This document shows positions 48,292 to 58,292 of a stretch of 64,000 nt of DNA, piece by piece. This DNA is from Candidatus Marinacidobacterium sp. GTDB lineage: Bacteria > Acidobacteriota > Vicinamibacteria > Marinacidobacterales > Marinacidobacteraceae. The DNA is taken from NCBI GenBank assembly GCA_965204755.1, contig OZ242011.1:1696001-1760000 (forward strand). Reading direction: 5' to 3'. Within the stretch, counting starts at the first letter, position 1; each line of letters begins with the position of its first letter. Below the pieces are notes generated by a model. The model was given only the letters and a program-made list of their open reading frames with translations. It had not been told where the DNA came from and searched no databases. Made by a program: the position numbers and the translations under genes.

Positions 48292-49983
48292 CTACCGCCG
48301 GCGGTTCGCGACGCCGGCCCCCTGGCGAACGACCACCTCGCCGTCGCGCGCCGCCAGGTCGCCGATCTCTTCCCTCGCGCCGCCCGGCCAGACGACCTCC
48401 ACTTCCGACACCGTTCTTCCCTCCCCGGCCCCCAGCAGCGCGCGGGGATCGTTGGACGACAGGAAACTCCCCGACCGGCGCGCTTCCCGCCGCCGCCGGA
48501 CGCCGTCCTCCCCGGTGAAGAACACCACCGCGCCGGCCCCGTCGCGGGGGGAGGCGGTCCCCGCGAGCCGCAGCGCCACCGCCCGGCCGCCGCTCCGGTT
48601 GGCGTAGAGCGCCGCCCGGTCGTCCACATTGACGACCACCACTTCCGCCAGCCCGTCGCCGTCGAGGTCGCCGAAGGCGGCGCCCCGGCTCGAACGCTCC
48701 GGACTCTCCCAGGCGGTCTCGGCGAAGACCCCGCCGCCGGCGTTGCGGAAGACCTGGTTCGGCATGGCGTAGGCGGTTCCGCTGCCGGCCTCGGCGGCGT
48801 CGGGGTACACATGCCCGTTGGCGACGAACAGGTCCAGCCGCCCGTCCCCGTCGAGGTCGCTGAACCGGGTGCCCCAGCCCAGGTAGAACCAGCCCGGCGT
48901 CCGCAGGTCGTTCCGGGCGGTGCTGTCCTCGAAGAAGCCGCCGCCGGAGTTCCGGTAGGCGGTGTTCGTGTCGTGGGAGAAGTTGGTCACGAACAGGTCC
49001 GGCAACCCGTCCTCGTCGAAGTCGCCGGCGTCCACGCCCATCCCCGCCTGCGCCAGGCCGTCCATGTTGTAGGCCACTCCGGCGAACAACCCCCGCTCGC
49101 GGAACCGGCCGCCGCCCTCGTTGATCCAGAGGTGGTTGGGAACGGAGTCGTTCGCGACATAGAGGTCGGTGTCCCCGTCCCCGTCGAGGTCCGACGCGAC
49201 CACCCCCAACCCGTACCCCGGTTCCGCATCCTCGAAACCGGCGGCTTCGGTGGCGTCCTCGAAGGCGCCGTCCCCCCGGTTCCGGTAGAAGGCGTCCGCC
49301 GCCGGGACCAGGCCGGACGGCCCGCAGAAGACCGGCAGGCCGAACCAGATGCAACTCGCTCCCGCGCCGGGAAGCGGCAGCGACTCGATGGAGTCGGCGG
49401 TGTAGCCGAGGACGAAGAGGTCGAGGTCGCCGTCGGCGTCGGCGTCGAAGAAGGCCGCCGAAGCGGAGAACCCCGGGTGCGGCGCGCCGCCCGCCGCCGG
49501 CAGCCGGAGGAAGGTGCCGTCGCCCCGGTTCCGGTAGAGCGCGTTCTCGCCGAGGTTGGTCACATAGAGGTCGGGCAGCCCGTCGTCGTCGAAGTCCGAG
49601 GCCGCCGCTCCGTACCCCCAGCCGGCATCCCCGACTCCCGCCGCCTCCGTCCGGTCGGTGAACCGGAGCCCGCCCTCGTTGCGGAACAACCGGTTCGGCC
49701 GGCCGGGGCCGGGGGCGCGGTCCCGCAGCGGGGCGCCGTTCACCAGGTAGAGGTCGAGGTCCCCGTCGGCGTCGTAGTCGAGCAGCGCCGCGCCGCTCCC
49801 GAGCGAGGAGACGATGAACCGCTTCTCCGGTTCGCCGCTCACATTCTCGTACCGCAGACCGCTCGCCTCCGTGACTTCTTCCAGCCGGATTTGCGGCGGC
49901 GCGGCGGCCGGGGCCGGGAGCGCGACGGCTGCGGCGAGGAGCGCCGGCGTCCCGAGCGGCGCTCGGCGGGGGCGGTGTCTCAA
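48292..49983 (-). CDS. CRTAC1-like FG-GAP/ASPIC-UnbV protein
   Basis: Repeated DxDxDGxxDL motifs, AGMGVDAGD, SSRGAAFGD. Confidence 0.9.
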   Translation of the reverse strand: MRHRPRRAPLGTPALLAAAVALPAPAAAPPQIRLEEVTEASGLRYENVSGEPEKRFIVSSLGSGAALLDYDADGDLDLYLVNGAPLRDRAPGPGRPNRLFRNEGGLRFTDRTEAAGVGDAGWGYGAAASDFDDDGLPDLYVTNLGENALYRNRGDGTFLRLPAAGGAPHPGFSASAAFFDADADGDLDLFVLGYTADSIESLPLPGAGASCIWFGLPVFCGPSGLVPAADAFYRNRGDGAFEDATEAAGFEDAEPGYGLGVVASDLDGDGDTDLYVANDSVPNHLWINEGGGRFRERGLFAGVAYNMDGLAQAGMGVDAGDFDEDGLPDLFVTNFSHDTNTAYRNSGGGFFEDSTARNDLRTPGWFYLGWGTRFSDLDGDGRLDLFVANGHVYPDAAEAGSGTAYAMPNQVFRNAGGGVFAETAWESPERSSRGAAFGDLDGDGLAEVVVVNVDDRAALYANRSGGRAVALRLAGTASPRDGAGAVVFFTGEDGVRRRREARRSGSFLSSNDPRALLGAGEGRTVSEVEVVWPGGAREEIGDLAARDGEVVVRQGAGVANRRR

Positions 49984-51572
49984 CGCTCGCGCGCGAACCG
50001 CTCCGCTGCGGCGCGGAGGTCCTCGCGGTCCGGCCAGTCGGCCAGCGCCCGCTCGATCACTTCCCGCGCCGCGGCGTCCTCCCCGAGCGCCTCCAGCGCC
50101 TCCGCGTAGAGCAGGTGGTGGAGCGGCTCCGCCGGGGCGAGCGTGAGCAGCCGCTCGGACTCCGCGGCGGCGAGGTCGGCCGCCCCGTTCCCGATCAAGT
50201 GGGCGATGAGCGCCCGCTTGGGCGCACCCTCCCCCGGCCGGGCGACGATCGCCGTCTTGAGTTCGTTCGTCCGGTCGGAGACGCCCTTCAACTCGGCGAA
50301 CCGCTCCAGGCGCTTCCGGCCGGCGGCGGATTCCTCCGGGACTTCGCTGCGGGCGAGCAGGTTCCCCAGGTGGAGATGCGGCTCGGGAACGAGCGGCGCC
50401 GCCGCGGCGGCCTCGCGGAATTCGGCGAGCGCCGCCTCCCGCTCTCCGGTCCGGGCGAGCGCCAGGCCGAGGATGACGCGCGCGTTCGCCTGCTGTTCGC
50501 GGGTCTCCGGGTTTCCGGGCGGGTAGTCGTCGGCGTTCGCGGCCTCCCCCGGGGCGGGCAGCGCCGGCCGCAGCACGGGGATCGCCTCGGCGCTGCGCCC
50601 GGTCTCGTGGAGCAGCGCGCCGAGCCGGAACCGCGCCCGCCGGTGCTGCGGATCGAGCCGCAGCGTCTCCCGGTAGCGCGCCTCGGCGTCGGCGTCCTCC
50701 CGCAGGTAGTGCAGGACATCCCCGCTGCGGAAGTGCGCCTCCGCGTTCTCCGGGGCGGCGTCCGCGGCCCGCTCGCAGGCGGCCTGCGCCGCTTCGAGCC
50801 GCTCCTCGCGCGAGCGGAGGAGGCAGATCTCGAGCAGCGCGCCCGGATCGCCCGGCCGGAGCGCCAGCGCCGCCTCGAGCCGCCGGCCGGCTTCCCCGAA
50901 ACTCCCCAGCCGGGAGTGGAGCGCCCCCAGGTGGTGCTGCGCCTCGAAGGAGCCGGGATCCGACTGCGCCGCGGCGGTCAGCGCGGAAAGTCCTTCGGCG
51001 CCCCGGCCCTGCTGGACGAGCAGGACTCCGAGCGGGGCGAGCACTTCCGCCCGGCCCGGATGCTCGGCGCGCAGGGCTTCCAGTTCCCGGACCGCCTCGC
51101 CGCCCCGTCCCCGCGCGGCCAGCACCAGGGCCAGGTCGCGCCGCGCTTCAGGGTGCGCCGGATCCCGGTCGAGCGCCCCCCGCAGCGCCGCTTCCGCGCC
51201 GTCCAACTCGCCCAGTTCGCGGAGCGCCGTGGCCCGGAGGAAGAGCCCGTTCGGGTTCGCCGGCGTCAGCGCGGCGAGCGCCGCGCCGAGGTCCGCGGCT
51301 TCGGCGAAGGCCCCGAGGCGCAGCCGCGCCACCGCGAGCATCCAGAGCGGCGCCGGGTCGTCCGGTCGGGCGCGGCGCACTTCCTCCAGGTGTTCCGCCG
51401 CCTCCCCGATCCTCCCGTCCTCGACCAGTCGGCGCGCCTCGGCGAGGTCCGGCGGCTGCCCGGGCTCGGCCGTCGCGGGAAGTCCGACGAGCAGCGCGCC
51501 CAGGACCAGGCCGGGCAGCGGGGAGGGGGCCGGCCGCCGGGCGTCGCGGCGCGGCGTCGGGGCGGGGGGCAT
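49980..51572 (-). CDS. Tetratricopeptide repeat protein
   Basis: Signal-like N-terminus, many TPR helices, coupled to the CRTAC1-like gene. Confidence 0.85.
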   Translation of the reverse strand: MPPAPTPRRDARRPAPSPLPGLVLGALLVGLPATAEPGQPPDLAEARRLVEDGRIGEAAEHLEEVRRARPDDPAPLWMLAVARLRLGAFAEAADLGAALAALTPANPNGLFLRATALRELGELDGAEAALRGALDRDPAHPEARRDLALVLAARGRGGEAVRELEALRAEHPGRAEVLAPLGVLLVQQGRGAEGLSALTAAAQSDPGSFEAQHHLGALHSRLGSFGEAGRRLEAALALRPGDPGALLEICLLRSREERLEAAQAACERAADAAPENAEAHFRSGDVLHYLREDADAEARYRETLRLDPQHRRARFRLGALLHETGRSAEAIPVLRPALPAPGEAANADDYPPGNPETREQQANARVILGLALARTGEREAALAEFREAAAAAPLVPEPHLHLGNLLARSEVPEESAAGRKRLERFAELKGVSDRTNELKTAIVARPGEGAPKRALIAHLIGNGAADLAAAESERLLTLAPAEPLHHLLYAEALEALGEDAAAREVIERALADWPDREDLRAAAERFARER

Positions 51573-51722
51573 CGGGGTGAGGGGATGGGGGAAGGGATCG
51601 GGCGTATTGTCCGAAATCCGCCGCCGCTCCGCCGGGGAAGGGGGGCGGGAAGGGAGGGGGCCGACCGATGGCGCCCGGGGTTTTGCGCGCCTGTTTCCCG
51701 GCGATTACGATCCTGCCGAACG

Positions 51723-54002
51723 ATGTTCCTCCGCCTTCGCCGAACCGCCCGGCCCGTTCTCCCGCCGCCTTCTTCGTCCCGCTCCCCGCTCTCCTCCGGG
51801 CGCCGGGCGGGCGCGCTCGCCGCCGCCGGCCTCCTCCTGCTCGCGGCGACCGCCGCCGGCCAGGCCCGGGCGACCGACGACCGGGAGAAGGAGAACGAAC
51901 CGAGCGAGAAGGAACTCATCGCGGCGCTCCCGGAAGCGCACCGGATCTGGCTGACCGAAGAAGTCACCTACCTGATCACCGACCGGGAGAAGCGGGTCTT
52001 CCTGAGTCTCGAGTCCGAACTCGCCCGGAAGTCCTTCGTGGACGCCTTCTGGCGGAAGCGCGACCTCAACCCCTCGACCCCGGAGAACGAATTCCGCGAG
52101 GAGCACTACGCGCGGCTGGAATATGTGAACAACTGGTTCGGCCGCGACACCTTCCGCCCGGGATGGCAGACCGACCGGGGCCGCTACTACATCCTGCTCG
52201 GCAAGCCGCGCACCATCCAGAACTACGAAGCGCGCGACGAGATCTACCCGGCCGAACTGTGGTTCTACAACAACTCCGAGTTGAAGAGGTTCGGCGTGCC
52301 GCCGTTCTTCTACCTCCTGTTCTGGCGGCGCCACGGCATCGGCGAACTCCAACTCTACGACCCGATCTCCGACGGGCCGCCGGCGCTCCTCACCGGCTAC
52401 CAGCCGGAGCGCCGGGACTTCCGCGACGAAGTCGAACGCGCCTACGAGATCCTCTACGAATTCGATCCCGAAATCGCGAATGCGGCGATGTCGTTCCGCA
52501 CCGACGAACAGGACATCACCCGTTTCCAGGCGGTGCCGTTCGGGACGCTCTCGCTGCTGCAGGACATCCACGAAGTCCCCTTCCGGGGTCTCGACGACAG
52601 TTACGCCGACCGGCTCGACTTCGAGCGCGGCGCCATCGAGGCGGACTACCTGTTCACCTATGTCCCCGGAAACGGGGCGATGGCGGTCCTCCCCGGCCCG
52701 GAAGGCGCGTCGTTCCTCCACTGGGTGATCCAGGTGGACGCCCAATACACCTCGTTCGTCCGCAACGCCGACCGGAACACCTACGACACCGAGTTCATCG
52801 GCACCGTCGAAGTCGTCCTGCGCGACGACCCGGAGCGAATCGTCACCGAGTTCCGCAAGGAGTCCTTCGTTTCGCTCACCGAAGAGCAGTCGCGCGGCGC
52901 GCTCCGCACGCCGTTCTCCTGGGCCGGGATCACGCCCCTCGTTCCCGGCGAACACCGGGTGACCATCGTCCTCCGCAACCGCGCCTGCGGCTCCCGGGAC
53001 GAAGAAGACTGCGCCAAGAGTTACACCCTGCTCGAAGGGGAAGTGAGCGCGCCGCCCCCGGACGAAACCCCCCGCGTCGGCGACCTGGTGCTCGGACGGA
53101 GATTCGAAGCGCAGCGGCCGGTCTATCGGCCCTTCCGCCTGGCGTCGTCCGCCGTCGTCCCCAACCCGGTCGCCGTGTACACCATCGGCGACGACCTGCT
53201 GGCGGCGGTGGCGCCGAGCGCCGCGCCCGACGGCTCCACCGTCCGCTTCCGCGTCCTCAGTCGCGAACCGCTCACCGACGGCCAACTCGTCCACGAAGTC
53301 ACCCTGCCGGCGGAGCCGGACACGCTGACCGGCTTCACCGCGCTGGAGACCCCCTTGGTGGACCTCGGCGCCGGCCGCTACGAAGTCGTGGCTTCGCTCC
53401 TGGATTCGAGCGGCGGCGACCTCTCTTCGAGCCGCGCCGAGTTCTCCGTTTCACCGCGCGAAGCCCTCCCGGAAGCCGGATTCCACGGATTCATGTTGCC
53501 TTTCGGCCCGGAGAACCCGGGCCTCACCAGTCTGGCCCTCGGCGAACAACTCATGCGGCTCGAACGGGGAGACGAAGCCCGCCCGTTCGTGGAAGCGGCC
53601 CACGACCTCGCCCCCCGCCTGGGACGCGCCCGGGAACTCCTCGCCCGCCTGGAGATCGAAGCGGGTCGCATCGAGCAGGCCGTCGAACTGCTGGAACCGG
53701 TCTATGCCGAAGTCCGGGACCGCTACGACCTGCTCATCGTGCTCGGTGAGGCCTACTTCCACCTCTCCCGCTACGAGGACGCCGCGGACCTCCTCTCCCG
53801 CGCCGCCGCCCTCCGAAGCCCGGACACCCACATCCTGAACCTGCTGGGCCTGTCCCGCCTCCAGGTGTCCGACTTCCCCGGCGCCCGCGAAGCCTTCGAG
53901 CGGTCCCTGTCCCTGGACGAAGAACAACCGGAGGTCCGAGAAGCCCTCTCCCGCGTCGAAGAAGCCGCCCGCGCCTCCTCCCCGTCGTCCCCGCCGGGCT
54001 GA
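51723..54002 (+). CDS. GWxTD domain protein with C-terminal TPRs
   Basis: WLTEEVTYLIT, FWRKRD.NPST.ENE, GWQTDRGRYYI. Confidence 0.9.
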   Translation: MFLRLRRTARPVLPPPSSSRSPLSSGRRAGALAAAGLLLLAATAAGQARATDDREKENEPSEKELIAALPEAHRIWLTEEVTYLITDREKRVFLSLESELARKSFVDAFWRKRDLNPSTPENEFREEHYARLEYVNNWFGRDTFRPGWQTDRGRYYILLGKPRTIQNYEARDEIYPAELWFYNNSELKRFGVPPFFYLLFWRRHGIGELQLYDPISDGPPALLTGYQPERRDFRDEVERAYEILYEFDPEIANAAMSFRTDEQDITRFQAVPFGTLSLLQDIHEVPFRGLDDSYADRLDFERGAIEADYLFTYVPGNGAMAVLPGPEGASFLHWVIQVDAQYTSFVRNADRNTYDTEFIGTVEVVLRDDPERIVTEFRKESFVSLTEEQSRGALRTPFSWAGITPLVPGEHRVTIVLRNRACGSRDEEDCAKSYTLLEGEVSAPPPDETPRVGDLVLGRRFEAQRPVYRPFRLASSAVVPNPVAVYTIGDDLLAAVAPSAAPDGSTVRFRVLSREPLTDGQLVHEVTLPAEPDTLTGFTALETPLVDLGAGRYEVVASLLDSSGGDLSSSRAEFSVSPREALPEAGFHGFMLPFGPENPGLTSLALGEQLMRLERGDEARPFVEAAHDLAPRLGRARELLARLEIEAGRIEQAVELLEPVYAEVRDRYDLLIVLGEAYFHLSRYEDAADLLSRAAALRSPDTHILNLLGLSRLQVSDFPGAREAFERSLSLDEEQPEVREALSRVEEAARASSPSSPPG

Positions 54003-54135
54003 GGGCCTCTCCGGCCACCCGCTCAGCCTCGCGCCCGAGCCTCCGTTGCCGCCTCGCCAACCGGCCGGCGACCCTACGGGTCGGGCGGGCCGAGTGATCG
54101 CCGGTCCGTAACTCCCCGCGGCGCACGCGCATTCG

Positions 54136-55665
54136 ATGACGAAACGCCGACCCGTCCCGGCCTTGGTCACCCGCCAGTGGATGCCCGGCTGGAACGAGAT
54201 GGCGTGGAAGCCCGGCGAACATCGCGCCGAACCTCCGCGCCACTTCTACCAGTTCAGCCTTTCCGCGCCGGAACTCCGGGCGCTCAGCGGCGTCCATCGG
54301 CGCACGCAGGAACGCAAGAGCGCCGCCGCCGATCTCGGCATCCAGCGCCGCCACCAGAAGGGGCGGTCCGACGAGATCGCGCGATTCGTCCGCTCGGGTT
54401 ACCCGTGGTCCATACTGAACGCGCGGAAGAGGGAGTCGTCCGCCTTTCGGGATCTGCGCCAGCCCGGATGGCTGCCGACGGCCATCGTAGTGAACATCCG
54501 GACCCGCGAGCAGGATCTGAATGGCGTCGGCGTTGCTCCCGGTGACCTTCTCGAAGTTCGAGACGACCCGAACGATCCTCGGCGCGCCGAAGTACTGCTT
54601 CCGGCGGATTTCGACGGCAGCGGTTGGCGCCCGGCGTCTCTCGACCCTATCGAGGTGATCGACGGACAGCACCGGCTCTGGGCCTTCGAGGCGGAGGATT
54701 CCGCGAACGATTTCGAACTCCCTGTCGTGGCGTTCCACGGGCTGGACCTCAGTTGGAGGGCCTATCTGTTCTACACGATCAACATCAAGCCGAAGCGGAT
54801 CAATCCCAGCCTCGCCTTCGACCTCTACCCTTTGCTTCGCACCGAAACATGGTTGGAGCAAAGCGGGACTTATCCGACCTATCGAGAGCACCGCGCCCAG
54901 GAAATCACGGACATCCTGTGGGCCCATCCGACGAGCCCGTGGCATCATCGAATCAACATGCTCGCCGAACCGGGATACGGCGGTCGGCAGGTGACACAGG
55001 CGGCCTGGGTTCGCTCGCTCTCGGCTTCCTTCCTGAAGAACTGGGAGGGGCCGGGAGTGAAGATCGGCGGCCTCTTCGGAGCGCCGTGGGATGGGCCGGG
55101 GACCGCGCTTCCGTGGGCCAGACCACAACAGGCCGCCCTCATCATTCTCGCCGGTTGCGAGGTGCGCGATGCGATTCGTGTTTGCGGGGAACCGTGGGCG
55201 GATGCGCTCCGGGTTCGCGATGACGACGGCGGACCGAACGGTGACGCCGCGTTCGTAGGCAAGGACAACCTTCTGAACCAGGATCAGGGGATCCGCGTGT
55301 TGCTCCAAGCGGTGAACGACCTGCTCTTCGTTCGCGCTCACGATCTTGCGCTACCGGGTTTGTCCCTCGACGAAGACGAGAGCGACGAGGACGGCGTAAC
55401 CATCAAAATGTTCGTCGAATGGTTGCGAACGCAGACGAGCCTGCGCGGCTTTCTCAACGAGATCGCTCGGAGGCTCGCCACCTACGATTGGCGCTCGTCC
55501 AAGGCGCCGGGCCTGACTGACGAGCAGCGAGTGTTGAAGGCCGGTTTCCGGGGAAGCGGTGGATATCGGGACCTGCGTGAGCATGTGCTGCGCCATCTCG
55601 CATCCGACACCACCGAATCGGTGTCCGACTCCGCGCGCCGCGTGATCTCTTTCCTGGGCTACTGA
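54136..55665 (+). CDS. DGQHR-domain (DndB/ParB-Srx-like) protein
   Basis: GIQR, LPTAIVVN, VIDGQHRL, F..IN..PKRI motifs. Confidence 0.88.
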   Translation: MTKRRPVPALVTRQWMPGWNEMAWKPGEHRAEPPRHFYQFSLSAPELRALSGVHRRTQERKSAAADLGIQRRHQKGRSDEIARFVRSGYPWSILNARKRESSAFRDLRQPGWLPTAIVVNIRTREQDLNGVGVAPGDLLEVRDDPNDPRRAEVLLPADFDGSGWRPASLDPIEVIDGQHRLWAFEAEDSANDFELPVVAFHGLDLSWRAYLFYTINIKPKRINPSLAFDLYPLLRTETWLEQSGTYPTYREHRAQEITDILWAHPTSPWHHRINMLAEPGYGGRQVTQAAWVRSLSASFLKNWEGPGVKIGGLFGAPWDGPGTALPWARPQQAALIILAGCEVRDAIRVCGEPWADALRVRDDDGGPNGDAAFVGKDNLLNQDQGIRVLLQAVNDLLFVRAHDLALPGLSLDEDESDEDGVTIKMFVEWLRTQTSLRGFLNEIARRLATYDWRSSKAPGLTDEQRVLKAGFRGSGGYRDLREHVLRHLASDTTESVSDSARRVISFLGY

Positions 55666-55667
55666 TC

Positions 55668-57020
55668 ATGGCGTTGTCCGAGGACACGCAGGCGGCACTG
55701 TCGAACGCCAGTGACCTTGCGATTCTCGCGGCGATGGGCCGGCTTCATGAACAGTTCGCGAACGGTCGATGGCTCAGTACGGAGAATCGTTACCGAACGA
55801 ATGTCATAGACGAAATCGAGAAAAACGCGCCGAAGCGAAACGAACTTCGCGACGACCATCTCGTCGAGTACATCGCGGTATCCTCGGTGTTGCATTGCTT
55901 CGATGGGTGGAGTTTTTTCGGCCGAGCGCTCGAGGCGGAAATGACCGGCGCCCCTGATGTGTCCAAGCACCTCGGCTATTACGCGGAAATGCGCGCGGCG
56001 ATGTCAGTGCTCGCCTCACAAGGGGTCGGTGTCTTCAGGTGGACGCATGTCGTCGTGGATCGGGCCGGCGGCGTCCGATTCGTCCAGGACAGGGAGAACC
56101 GCGGTACCCACAGGTTCCTATGGCCGACTCTCGAACACTGGACGAACCGGAGGGGAGAATCCGTTCTGTTCAACATCGTGGAGCCGGACGGCGTACCGCT
56201 TTCCACTTGGTTCGCCGCGTTTCGTCCGTCCGGCGGAGGCTTGGGCGCCTTGGCTCGTGGACTCATGAAGCGATGGGGGCTCGATCTTGCGCGTTTGGCT
56301 GCGGATCGAGAGGCGCGCAATGACGCCAGTTACCGGCCGAACACGCTGGCGGCGTCGGACCCGCGAGGGATCGCGGAGGTGCTGCGATCGATCACGGAGA
56401 TCTGGAGACTCTGCGAACCGCATTCCGTCGGGGATTTCCGCCTGTTCGACAACCACCTGCTCGGGCAAGGTCTGGAGTGGCTTTCCCGGAGTGGCGACGA
56501 CGAAGAACTGGATCCGCAGGAGAGACCGGAAGATTTCGTCGGGCGAGTCGGTTCGATGTTGAACGGTTTGGACTTGCCCTCGGAATCGCGAGCAACGATG
56601 CGCCGGTTCCTGCTGGCGAAGGGAGGGACCGCGACGCTGTTGACGGACGCTCAGGGAAATGTGGGCCGGGCGGCCGCTGACCACTCGAAGCAGGTGCTGG
56701 CGCGGGCGGCGGTCTTGTTGCGCCTGGCGAGCGGTTGCGCCCGGAGAGTCGTGGAGGAGGCGGACGCAGATCCTCGGGACTTGTTCGGGTTCTGGTGGCG
56801 GAGCCGCGCCGTCAACCGACGACTGTGGCCGACGGACTCTACGCCGCCACCCTCCGCTGAACTCTGGACCGACGCCGAGGTGGCGGTCCAAAACCTGGAG
56901 GCGTGGCTGGACGATGACGCGCCGGACAAGACCAGACTCGAGTTCTGGAAGCGCTGGGCCGCGGAAGCGGCGGTGCTCTCCACGACGGAGCGCATCTGCC
57001 TGTGGGGGTTGGGCCTGTGA
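55668..57020 (+). CDS. Hypothetical protein with HEPN-like motif pattern
   Basis: 2 nt after the DGQHR stop. HLGYYAEMRAAMSVLASQG ... GTH ... DREARNDASY. Confidence 0.7.
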   Translation: MALSEDTQAALSNASDLAILAAMGRLHEQFANGRWLSTENRYRTNVIDEIEKNAPKRNELRDDHLVEYIAVSSVLHCFDGWSFFGRALEAEMTGAPDVSKHLGYYAEMRAAMSVLASQGVGVFRWTHVVVDRAGGVRFVQDRENRGTHRFLWPTLEHWTNRRGESVLFNIVEPDGVPLSTWFAAFRPSGGGLGALARGLMKRWGLDLARLAADREARNDASYRPNTLAASDPRGIAEVLRSITEIWRLCEPHSVGDFRLFDNHLLGQGLEWLSRSGDDEELDPQERPEDFVGRVGSMLNGLDLPSESRATMRRFLLAKGGTATLLTDAQGNVGRAAADHSKQVLARAAVLLRLASGCARRVVEEADADPRDLFGFWWRSRAVNRRLWPTDSTPPPSAELWTDAEVAVQNLEAWLDDDAPDKTRLEFWKRWAAEAAVLSTTERICLWGLGL

Positions 57021-58156
57021 AGTACATGGGCTCCAAGCGGGTCATGCTGCAAAACGGGCTGGGGGACATCCTGGCGAGCGAAGGGCAGACGGCCTCCCGC
57101 GTCGTGGACTTGTTCTGCGGCAGCGGTTCGGTGTCCTGGTTTGCGGCGACGAAACTGCGCGTCCCGGTCCTGGCGTGCGATCTGCAGCGGTTCGCCACGA
57201 CTCTCGCCGGGGCGGTGATCGAGCGGACCGGCGTCATCGAGATGAAGGACATCGAGACGCGCTGGTTGGCCCGGGCGGGGCGGGTGAGGTCCCGATTGGC
57301 CGGGTGGGCCGAGGCCAAGGATCTCGACGAGTCGAATCTCCGGACCGAGGCGCTGCAGCGCCGCGCCCGGAAACTGTGTTCTCTCCCGCTCGCCGGGGCG
57401 CGGCACTTGATCTGGCAGCACTACGGAGGTCACTACTTCAGCCCCAGGCAGGCGCTCACCTTCGACGCCATGCGTCGCGCGCTCCCGGAGGATCGCGAGT
57501 TTCGAACCTCATGCCTCGCGGCCATGGTGATCGCGGCGAGCCAGTGCGCCGCTTCTCCGGGCCATACCGCGCAGCCGTTCAAGGCGTCGGGCGGCGCTGC
57601 GAAGTACCTCCGCGAGGCGTGGGCCCGCGACCCGATGCTCCTCGTCCGTCGAGCGGCGCACAGGCTTTGTGCGCTTCATGCAGCGCGACCGGGAGTTGCG
57701 AAGGAAGCGGACGCAAACGAGGTCGCCTCGACGCTGCGTAAAACGGACTTGGTGTTCGTGGATCCCCCGTACTCGGGCGTCCAGTACAGCCGCTTCTACC
57801 ATGTGTTGGAAACGGTCGCTCGCGGTGCCTGCGGTCCCGTCGACGGAGTCGGCCGATACCCGCCGCCTCCCGAGCGCCCGAACTCGCGTTACAGCCGGGT
57901 GGGGAGGTCGAGGCAGGCCATGCGGGAGTTGCTGGAGACGCTGGCGGGTCGAGGGTGCACCGTCGTCGTGACCTTTCCGGAGGAGGAATGCAGTAACGGT
58001 CTGTCGGGAGAAGAGATCGAGAACATCGCGGGACGGGTGTTTCGCGTGGAGGCCAAGACGGTCACCTCACGCTTCAGCACGCTCGGCGGCAATCGAACGA
58101 ATCGCAGCGCGCGCAAGATCACCAGGGAACTCATCCTGGTCTTGAAGCGGCGCTGA
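57017..58156 (+). CDS. N6-adenine DNA methyltransferase (D12/Dam-FokI-like)
   Basis: KYMGSK, motif I VVDLFCGSGSVS, motif IV FVDPPY, YSRFYHVLET. GTG overlaps the upstream stop (GTGA). Confidence 0.88.
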   Translation: MKYMGSKRVMLQNGLGDILASEGQTASRVVDLFCGSGSVSWFAATKLRVPVLACDLQRFATTLAGAVIERTGVIEMKDIETRWLARAGRVRSRLAGWAEAKDLDESNLRTEALQRRARKLCSLPLAGARHLIWQHYGGHYFSPRQALTFDAMRRALPEDREFRTSCLAAMVIAASQCAASPGHTAQPFKASGGAAKYLREAWARDPMLLVRRAAHRLCALHAARPGVAKEADANEVASTLRKTDLVFVDPPYSGVQYSRFYHVLETVARGACGPVDGVGRYPPPPERPNSRYSRVGRSRQAMRELLETLAGRGCTVVVTFPEEECSNGLSGEEIENIAGRVFRVEAKTVTSRFSTLGGNRTNRSARKITRELILVLKRR

Positions 58157-58292
58157 GCGGGAGACTTCGAGGCCACCGCACGACACCGCCGCGGCGCCCC
58201 TCCGACCGGTGGGGCCAGGGCGAGGAGTGGCCGCGCACCGGAGCGGCCGATTTCGGCCCATCGCGGAAATCGGGATCGGTGCGCGCCGGTCG

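Noticed and set aside
54136-55665. Phosphorothioate (Dnd/Ssp) system
   Set aside because: No cysteine desulfurase, PAPS-reductase-like DndC, DndD or DndE nearby; only the DGQHR domain is shared.
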